Virus record (IMG/VR): IMGVR_UViG_3300013132_000019
Direction: 5' to 3' (one strand)
DNA length: 38,315 nucleotides
Source of the DNA: a virus
Taxonomy: Duplodnaviria; Heunggongvirae; Uroviricota; Caudoviricetes
In this document: piece by piece, positions 28,763 through 35,789 of the stretch
Layout: every line of letters begins with the position of its first letter
Position numbering within the stretch: position 1 is the first letter of the stretch
Notes under the pieces: model-generated
Seen by the model: only the letters and a program-made list of their open reading frames with translations
Databases searched by the model: none
Told to the model about the DNA's origin: nothing
Translations under genes and position numbers: made by a program

Positions 28763-29725
28763 GCTTGACTCAATGGGAAGAAATGTAGAAATGGACTCAC
28801 CCCCACTTGTCCGAACTTGTACCTGTAAGTCGATACCTGACTCTATGTTATCTACATACTTTCTAAAGGCTTTTATATCACCTATTCGCATATTCTCAAT
28901 GAACTTCTTTACATTTGAACTATTAAAATCACCATTAATACCAACAATTTGTTTATGTAATGTATAAGTTGAACGGTTATTAACCTCAACACCGTTCTTA
29001 GTTTCTTCAGCTAATTTGGCTTCAATCTCATCCTCATCACCAGCTGTTAAAAACTTGAATTTTAACATATCACCACTAACAGGACATTTGAAATCAAATA
29101 AACCATTCTCATCTGGCTCAGCACCCAATGGTTTATACTTCAATTCAGATAAATCAACCTCACCCTCAACAGGTTCATATTTATCATTGTATACCGAAAC
29201 ATTATAAATATTACCAAACGCACTGGCCCTTAACCAAATCATCAAAGCGTTTCTATCACCAACATGCAAATCCTTATACTTTAAATTTGGCTCTAATAAG
29301 TTTCTACTTATTAATATTTCCAAGAATTTACCACTCTGAACCAAATTAGGTGACGTTAAAATATTCTCATCAGAACCTGTCATATATGAAACCTTAACAC
29401 TTTCCCGTACACCTTTATATAGTTTACCCTTTGATGGTAATGGAACCAAATCAAATGCCGCATCCCACTTAGGTTCAGCCAATGGATGTAATTCCGCTTT
29501 TTTGACATTTACATTAACAACCTCTTTTGGTTGCTCAATAACTTTACTTGCTTCCATAGCAGCTTTTCTTGCAGCAACTTCTTCATCAGCTCTTCTTTTT
29601 AACTCCTCAGCCGCCTTTCTTTGTTCCTCTGGTATTTCAAAAACACCAGGTATCCCAGCATCATTAGTTTCACTTGATGCTTTCCCACCATTCTGCGGAA
29701 AAACATTTGGTTTTGTGTCAGACAT
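28742..29725 (-). CDS. Baseplate hub assembly / tail chaperone protein (T4 gp26-like)
   Basis: VPLPSKGKLY, YMTGSDENILTS, GDRNALMIWLR and terminal FFWP; lies between tube and tape measure. Confidence 0.75.
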   Translation of the reverse strand: MSDTKPNVFPQNGGKASSETNDAGIPGVFEIPEEQRKAAEELKRRADEEVAARKAAMEASKVIEQPKEVVNVNVKKAELHPLAEPKWDAAFDLVPLPSKGKLYKGVRESVKVSYMTGSDENILTSPNLVQSGKFLEILISRNLLEPNLKYKDLHVGDRNALMIWLRASAFGNIYNVSVYNDKYEPVEGEVDLSELKYKPLGAEPDENGLFDFKCPVSGDMLKFKFLTAGDEDEIEAKLAEETKNGVEVNNRSTYTLHKQIVGINGDFNSSNVKKFIENMRIGDIKAFRKYVDNIESGIDLQVQVRTSGGESISTFLPIESSFFWPEL

Positions 29726-29735
29726 TATAAAACTT

Positions 29736-30014
29736 TTATTTCTTATTGTTATTTAAAAACTTCATCATCTCATCAAATAAAGCTTTTGGAATCTGAATAG
29801 TTTCAGTATCGTCAATCTGTTCAATATCCTTTAATTCGTTTAACTTTTTAGGTTCATTATCACCACCGAATTCCTCAAACAAAGCCTTGTGTATTATTGT
29901 CTTGGTTTTTATCGGATTCTTTATATCAGAATACTCAATTAACTTTTTGATATATTCAACATCAAACCTCTCATAGATTTGTTGTTTAGTCAATAACCTG
30001 TAATTTCTATCCAT
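29736..30014 (-). CDS. Hypothetical protein (92 aa)
   Basis: Intact ATG ORF, co-oriented with neighbours. Confidence 0.75.
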   Translation of the reverse strand: MDRNYRLLTKQQIYERFDVEYIKKLIEYSDIKNPIKTKTIIHKALFEEFGGDNEPKKLNELKDIEQIDDTETIQIPKALFDEMMKFLNNNKK

Positions 30015-30052
30015 AACTCTTTTACATTAAATACTGGTAATGAAACATTTTT

Positions 30053-30125
30053 AAAAAAAAATGCTCTACCTTCCACAAATTCTAATAACGAACCTGTAAA
30101 AAGTAAAGCAAGTACTGTTTTTGAT
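30053..30125 (-). terminator. Terminator-like hairpin, repeat copy downstream of the endonuclease gene
   Basis: Minus-strand RNA UGCUUUACUUUUUACA...UGUGGAAGGUAGAGCA pairs over 16 bp (4 G.U) and is followed by U9. Confidence 0.7.
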
Positions 30126-30138
30126 AAGACCTTTTACA

Positions 30139-31032
30139 TTAAGTTAATACAGTCTTCAATATAGACTTAACATTCTTAATGTTATTGTTAATGTCCGATT
30201 CCCAAAACCTGATTAAAGTAATATTATTTTCATGACACCAGTCATTTTTAATTTTATCTTTTTCTAAATTCTTAAATTGACATTCATATAATGGTTCGTT
30301 AAAATCAGTATCTGGATTACAATGCCAAAAATCACCATCAACCTCAATTAATGCATTGTTTTTAATAATTTTGAAATCAAAATAAGATTTAATTGGTCTA
30401 ACATAATATTGTCTTATATAGTCAACGTTCTCAACTAATCCAACGTCTATTAACATATTATTTATAACTTCTTCCAATTTAGACTTAACAGTATAATCGT
30501 TTTCACGCATCCACAACATACGTCTATTACTTTGTTTTTCTCTTTCTTTTGGGTCAGCCCATCGCTCTTTAGCTACCCTTGATAAATTTTCTTTATGTTC
30601 TTTTGATTTTGGTTTATTGGTCAAAGCTTTAGATATATTCTTACCCCTATCTGGATTTGATAACATCTTTTCAATATTATCCTTAATTCTAGGGTCATCA
30701 ATCGTTAAACCTTTATTCCAAACGGTCAATTCTCCAGATTCATACATCTTTTTTTGTGTCTCATGAGATTTTTTAATCGCCTTTGGATTATGACCCCAAT
30801 TGTTATGAACTCTTGATGCATGACCAAGAACGTAATCAACAAAACCCTTACCAAACGACAAAAAACTGGTATTCTCACCACAACCACATTCACACGTTGG
30901 TCTAACACCATTTAACTTATAATCAATATAGGTCTGCTCAGATGATATGTTATGAACCTGAGACCTATGACGTCTTAATGAATCTAAACTTTTAAAATCT
31001 CTATTACAATCTATACAAATAATTTTTTCCAT
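30139..31032 (-). CDS. Putative homing endonuclease (C2H2 finger, CxCGCG, NUMOD3-like, Vsr/DUF559-like nuclease)
   Basis: CIDC...HRSQVH; CECGCG; WNKGLT; KSKEHKENLS; FDFKI...IEVDGDFWH...LIRFWESD. Confidence 0.85.
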   Translation of the reverse strand: MEKIICIDCNRDFKSLDSLRRHRSQVHNISSEQTYIDYKLNGVRPTCECGCGENTSFLSFGKGFVDYVLGHASRVHNNWGHNPKAIKKSHETQKKMYESGELTVWNKGLTIDDPRIKDNIEKMLSNPDRGKNISKALTNKPKSKEHKENLSRVAKERWADPKEREKQSNRRMLWMRENDYTVKSKLEEVINNMLIDVGLVENVDYIRQYYVRPIKSYFDFKIIKNNALIEVDGDFWHCNPDTDFNEPLYECQFKNLEKDKIKNDWCHENNITLIRFWESDINNNIKNVKSILKTVLT

Positions 31033-31035
31033 AAT

Positions 31036-31105
31036 AAAAATGCTTTACTCTTTACACAAATATATAAATAAATATGTAAAAAGTAAAGCAAGTACTGTTT
31101 TTGAT
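31036..31105 (-). terminator. Terminator-like hairpin with promoter motifs in the loop, repeat copy upstream of the endonuclease gene
   Basis: 16-bp stem TGCTTTACTCTTTACA / TGTAAAAAGTAAAGCA (1 G.U on the minus strand) followed by U5; loop has TATTTATA and TATATTTG on the minus strand. 31075-31105 is identical to 30095-30125. Confidence 0.7.
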
Positions 31106-31117
31106 GGGGCGATTCTG

Positions 31118-31606
31118 CTAGAACAAAAGTATAGCGCGGTCAAACCTAAGCGTGGCGGTAATTTCAGCAATACCGTCATCATCCATACCTAAGTCTCCAA
31201 AGTTAACAGTTGTTAACATTGTACCTTGAAGTTCCCATTTCTCAACGACAACGCCAGTTGGGTCAAGCATTTCAAGATAAACATCTCTTTTATATCCAGC
31301 GGCATAACCTTGTCTACCAGTAATTGATTCAGAACCTAATCGAACCCACTCCATAATAGCTTGTGCGGTAGATGGACCAATTGCGTCCCTAAAAGTAACA
31401 TCAATAGCTTCCCAAGTGAAACGACCCAACACGAAAGTTGATGTGTTCAAAAATGGAATTTCAACGTCAGATTGCGTAATTGTAGGTCTAGAAGCTGAAG
31501 CTAACCACCACTCTTGAATACCCAAATCTGAAGGGAATCTCAAGAGCCACCTATTCTTTCTTTTAGGCTCATACGGTGTGGGCATTTTCATTAATAAGTC
31601 TGCCAT
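31118..31606 (-). CDS. Tail tube protein (T4 gp19-like)
   Basis: 162 aa; EPKRKNRW, GRFTWEAIDVTFRD, YKRD..LEMLDPTG.VVEKW.L.G pattern; downstream of the sheath gene. Confidence 0.9.
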   Translation of the reverse strand: MADLLMKMPTPYEPKRKNRWLLRFPSDLGIQEWWLASASRPTITQSDVEIPFLNTSTFVLGRFTWEAIDVTFRDAIGPSTAQAIMEWVRLGSESITGRQGYAAGYKRDVYLEMLDPTGVVVEKWELQGTMLTTVNFGDLGMDDDGIAEITATLRFDRAILLF

Positions 31607-31668
31607 TTTTCTTGTTTTTTAAATATTTATTATTATCTTTGTATATAAATAGTTAGAAATTAAAAAAA

Positions 31669-32484
31669 ATGATAGACCGTAAAGAAAAATTCATAAATAA
31701 ATGTGAATTAAAATTTAATAATAAATTTGATTATTCAGAAATTGATTATATTGATTCAAAAACCAAAATAAAAATACGTTGTAAAAAACATGATTACTCC
31801 TTTTACCAAGCACCTTCGGAACATTTAAGAGGTAAAAATGGTTGTATACATTGCAATGGTAAAATTAAGTGGTCTGTTGAGTCATTTATCAAAAAAGCTA
31901 AAGAAGTTCATTCTAATGCTTACAATTACGATAGTATAACTAAAGTCGATACAGTTAATAAACTTAAAATTAATTGTCCAAAACATGGTGATTTCTATCA
32001 ATTATTACATAATCATTTAAATGGTCAAGGGTGTCCGATATGTGGTACACTTAAAACCTCAATCGAAAATCGGTATGATACTGATGGTTTCGTAAATAAA
32101 GCTAAATCAATTCATGGTAATAAATATGATTATTCTAAAGTAGATTATATTGATTCGAAAACTAAGGTTAAAATAATTTGCGAAGAACATGGTGAATTTG
32201 AACAACAACCATATAATCATTTACGTGGTAAGGGTTGTCCTAAATGTGGTAATAATGAGGTTAAGTTAAAATTAACTTATACTGTTGATGATTTTATAGG
32301 TAAAGCTAAAGAGGTACATAAAGACAAATATGATTATTCTAAGGTTGACTATAAAGATATTCGAAATAAAGTTTTAATTAACTGTCCGACACATGGTGAT
32401 TTTGAACAATCACCTTATATACATATAAATGGTCATGGATGTCCTAATTGTGGTACACTTAAATACAAAAAAAGCCTAGAATAA
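31669..32484 (+). CDS. DUF723-like zinc-binding repeat protein (homing-endonuclease-type DNA-binding repeats, no nuclease domain visible)
   Basis: Four units of F..KAK.VH..KYDYSKVDY....KV.I.C..HG.F.Q.P..H..G.GCP.CG, then a stop; preceded by TATCTTTG (31634-31641). Confidence 0.8.
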   Translation: MIDRKEKFINKCELKFNNKFDYSEIDYIDSKTKIKIRCKKHDYSFYQAPSEHLRGKNGCIHCNGKIKWSVESFIKKAKEVHSNAYNYDSITKVDTVNKLKINCPKHGDFYQLLHNHLNGQGCPICGTLKTSIENRYDTDGFVNKAKSIHGNKYDYSKVDYIDSKTKVKIICEEHGEFEQQPYNHLRGKGCPKCGNNEVKLKLTYTVDDFIGKAKEVHKDKYDYSKVDYKDIRNKVLINCPTHGDFEQSPYIHINGHGCPNCGTLKYKKSLE

Positions 32485-32496
32485 TCTAGGCTTTTT
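32469..32496. terminator. Bidirectional intrinsic terminator
   Basis: AAAAAGCCTAGA-ATAA-TCTAGGCTTTTT between convergent genes. Confidence 0.8.
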
Positions 32497-32519
32497 CTTT
32501 TTATCATCTTTCTTAATTC

Positions 32520-35426
32520 TTATACATTCTCGAAAGAAGCACCAGTATTAAGGATATTGAATTCGATTGAAATATATTCAAGAGAACGAGTAGGTTTCAA
32601 GAATATCTTACCATTCAATTCATTTCTATCGATAGATTCTGGTGTATCAACAAGAACCACACGGAAATCTGTAAGACCTCTTTCACTTCTAATGTTATCC
32701 AATATTGGGTTAACAAGGGTCAAGAATTGATTTCTAACAACATCATCGTTTTGTTCGAATAGCAATCTGATAGATACAGCAGAAATAAGTTTTCTTGCTT
32801 GAAGAAGAAGTCTTCTAACGTTAACTCTATCAAGTGCAGATTCTCTAACTTGCATTGTTTTGTTACCCCAGATTTTAATACCTTCTGAAGCGAAAGTTGT
32901 AACTGGGTTAACTCTTGCGGCATACAATGTATCTCTTTCATCCAATGTAAGTTTCTTTCTAGCCTTAATTGCATCCACGTTACCTCTTTGGATACCAGCT
33001 ACTGCAAACCATGGGAAAGCGATATTATCAGTTAATGCTGTGTTTCTAACAACGTCTCTTGTTGGTGGTAACCAAATATAAACGTTATTTTCGGTATCAT
33101 TAACTTGAATCCATGGGAAGTAAGTAGAAGTATAGCTACTATCATACAAACCATCTAAAGTATCTGATACATCTTCAGCTGTAAGAACTTCACCACCAGC
33201 GTCAACGTCTGGTATTGTCATAATATACCATGAGTCAGCTCTATCTTCTTCAATCATTTCGATTGAAGCTTCGATAAGATTACTGTTTTCAAATCCATCG
33301 ATACCTGGTGTTGCAAACACATTAATGTTAACAGCTTCAGGGTTTCTGAATGTCCAAATACCTTCTAAGTAAGCGTAGTAATCTGAAGTAATACCTAAGT
33401 CACCGTTAGAAAGAACTTTATTTTCGAAAGTTTTATCTAAACCTAATTGACCTTTAACACCATTAATAGCGTATGTGTCGGTATTGGTTCTTCTATCTCT
33501 ATATACATCCCAACCATCGAAACCACCGTATGGTGCCAATGTAAATTTACGGGCATATATTTTTTCGTAAGCAGTACCTTGAATTCCTAAATCAGTTCTG
33601 AATGGGCAGCATCCCGTATCGAATAAGAATACTGGTGAATAGGTATCACCTGAACTATTGATAACGATTTCAACACCGTCAATTGTTGCACCAGTAGCTG
33701 CAAAGTCCATGTGGAAACCTATTGTAAGGCCAGTCCACATATCGATATCTGGACTATCTGGAATACCTTTATAATCAAAGAAATCAGCGTCAATACCTTC
33801 AGTATTTGAAAGACCTAAGTAATACTTACGTTTGTTTTCAAATTCGCCATAAGTTTGTTTATAAAGGATATTTGGTGCTAATACGTTAGTATTTGTTGAT
33901 TGAGTATAATCTCTGATTGGGAATCCTACGAAACCAGCTGGGAATGCCTCACTAGTATCGTTGGTATCATCAAGTTCAATTAAAATATGATTAGATTTTG
34001 ATGCGTATTCACCATCTAATGTACCAATTCTTTTAGCGATAAAGTTATTAGATTGTGGATTCATTGTCAATCTAGAGAATTTCTCCAATACAACTTTATT
34101 AGCGTCAGTATCATAGAAAGCTCTAATTTCAATATCAAACTCTCTTTCATCTGGTTTAATATTTGTTATTGATATTTTAATCAATTCGTTAGCTGAATTA
34201 CCATCAGAAATTGTCCACATTCTGAACAATCTCAATAGGTTTGTACCACGAAGTTCTGATACAACATATGGTGTAACCGCTGGTTTGTATTCTTGTTTAT
34301 AATCATCAAATGGGTTACCTTGTGAGACTGAGTTAGTGTAATCAACCAATGATACAATATTAATTGCTCTAACTTTATTTTCATTTACGAATTTATCAAA
34401 CATTTTTTGATAAAGTTCTTCAACAAATAAAGCTGGTCTACCATCTTTTTCATTTCTACCTAGTACTTTACCGATATAGTTTCGTTTAGTTGTATCAAAT
34501 GAGCATTCATAACTGAAGTTACCCAAAGTTAATGCGTTACCAGTAAGTGAGAAATCACCTAATGGGTCCAATGCTGCGGTTGATGGAGTTGAACCAAATT
34601 CAACAAATGTTACACTTGAGTTAGTGTAACCAGTAACTTCAAATAAGATATTTTCTTGACCATCATATTCGCCTCTTGACCTAAGTAATGCAACCAATTT
34701 ATTTTCAACATCAGCATATCCAGTACCTGTGTAAGATATAGTAACACCAGATGTAAAACCAGTGTAAGCTGTTGAACCAGTTGGGTTTGGTGGTACTGTA
34801 TTAGTAACGGTAACATTGAATGATACACCACTAAATGTGTTATTACTTTGTGTATTAAGATAAGTGGTATTAACGTTTAGTGTTGTTGTTGCTGAAGTAG
34901 CTGTTGACAAATATGTGGTCAAACTATTCAATTGACCTTCAGCCAATAATGCTGAAATTATCGGGTCATTTACAGCATTGTAAGTAACAGTTCCAGCACT
35001 GCTAACACTATAAGTAATCATTGGGTTACCAGTGTTTCCTGTGTAAGTTGTTGTTGATGCACTTGAAACTGTAGATGGGTCCAATGCAGCATCCAAAACA
35101 ATACCCCAAGCTGGTCCAGCATCATAACCAGAAAAACCTAAGATTCTTGATACGAATAATTGGTTTGATTGTGTTAAATATGATTTTGCAATATATGGTA
35201 ATTCATATTGTGGGTAACCAGAATCTTTAAATTTTGTTGGATTCAATCCACCAAAAAAAGTTGTGAATTCGTCATAGTTTGACACGAAAACTGGTTGAAA
35301 AGCTGGTCCTTTAGTAGTCTCACCAACAAGACCAAGAGTAGTAACACCAACTTGACGTGTTACGAATGAAAGGTCTTTTTCTGAGGTATAAACACCTGGA
35401 CTTACGAATACTCTATCTATAGCCAT
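32520..35426 (-). CDS. Contractile tail sheath protein (T4 gp18-like)
   Basis: FVSPGVYTSEKDLS start; TYFPW, PWFAVAG, IWGNKT, LDRVNVRRLL, LFEQND and PTRSLEYI motifs. Confidence 0.95.
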   Translation of the reverse strand: MAIDRVFVSPGVYTSEKDLSFVTRQVGVTTLGLVGETTKGPAFQPVFVSNYDEFTTFFGGLNPTKFKDSGYPQYELPYIAKSYLTQSNQLFVSRILGFSGYDAGPAWGIVLDAALDPSTVSSASTTTYTGNTGNPMITYSVSSAGTVTYNAVNDPIISALLAEGQLNSLTTYLSTATSATTTLNVNTTYLNTQSNNTFSGVSFNVTVTNTVPPNPTGSTAYTGFTSGVTISYTGTGYADVENKLVALLRSRGEYDGQENILFEVTGYTNSSVTFVEFGSTPSTAALDPLGDFSLTGNALTLGNFSYECSFDTTKRNYIGKVLGRNEKDGRPALFVEELYQKMFDKFVNENKVRAINIVSLVDYTNSVSQGNPFDDYKQEYKPAVTPYVVSELRGTNLLRLFRMWTISDGNSANELIKISITNIKPDEREFDIEIRAFYDTDANKVVLEKFSRLTMNPQSNNFIAKRIGTLDGEYASKSNHILIELDDTNDTSEAFPAGFVGFPIRDYTQSTNTNVLAPNILYKQTYGEFENKRKYYLGLSNTEGIDADFFDYKGIPDSPDIDMWTGLTIGFHMDFAATGATIDGVEIVINSSGDTYSPVFLFDTGCCPFRTDLGIQGTAYEKIYARKFTLAPYGGFDGWDVYRDRRTNTDTYAINGVKGQLGLDKTFENKVLSNGDLGITSDYYAYLEGIWTFRNPEAVNINVFATPGIDGFENSNLIEASIEMIEEDRADSWYIMTIPDVDAGGEVLTAEDVSDTLDGLYDSSYTSTYFPWIQVNDTENNVYIWLPPTRDVVRNTALTDNIAFPWFAVAGIQRGNVDAIKARKKLTLDERDTLYAARVNPVTTFASEGIKIWGNKTMQVRESALDRVNVRRLLLQARKLISAVSIRLLFEQNDDVVRNQFLTLVNPILDNIRSERGLTDFRVVLVDTPESIDRNELNGKIFLKPTRSLEYISIEFNILNTGASFENV

Positions 35427-35561
35427 TATTTTTTTTATTTTTTTATTTGATATTATAATACTTTATTATAAATATGAGACAATTGGCAAAAGATTTATTG
35501 AATGTTAAATTCTTCATATATCTTTAATTAGTGTTACAACATATTGAATTGATTGTTGCCA

Positions 35562-35768
35562 TTAATTTAAAGGTTCAATAATTGTACTTAACCATTCAAT
35601 ATATTCTATTGGCGCTTCATCATACCAAGTCCATCCTTCATATGGATAAGTGTATGTGTCTTTAAGTTCACGAAGTAATTCCCACGAACCATACGGACCT
35701 AGTACTGCATTAGGACCAAAAAACCATTGGTCATCTATTAATTTATAAAAACCTGATGTATCTTCCAT
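35562..35768 (-). CDS. Small hypothetical protein, possibly tail-fibre associated
   Basis: 68 aa, aromatic-rich (YTYPYEGWTWYD), directly after the fibre-like gene. Confidence 0.7.
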   Translation of the reverse strand: MEDTSGFYKLIDDQWFFGPNAVLGPYGSWELLRELKDTYTYPYEGWTWYDEAPIEYIEWLSTIIEPLN

Positions 35769-35789
35769 ATTTATAATTTTTTAATTCTA

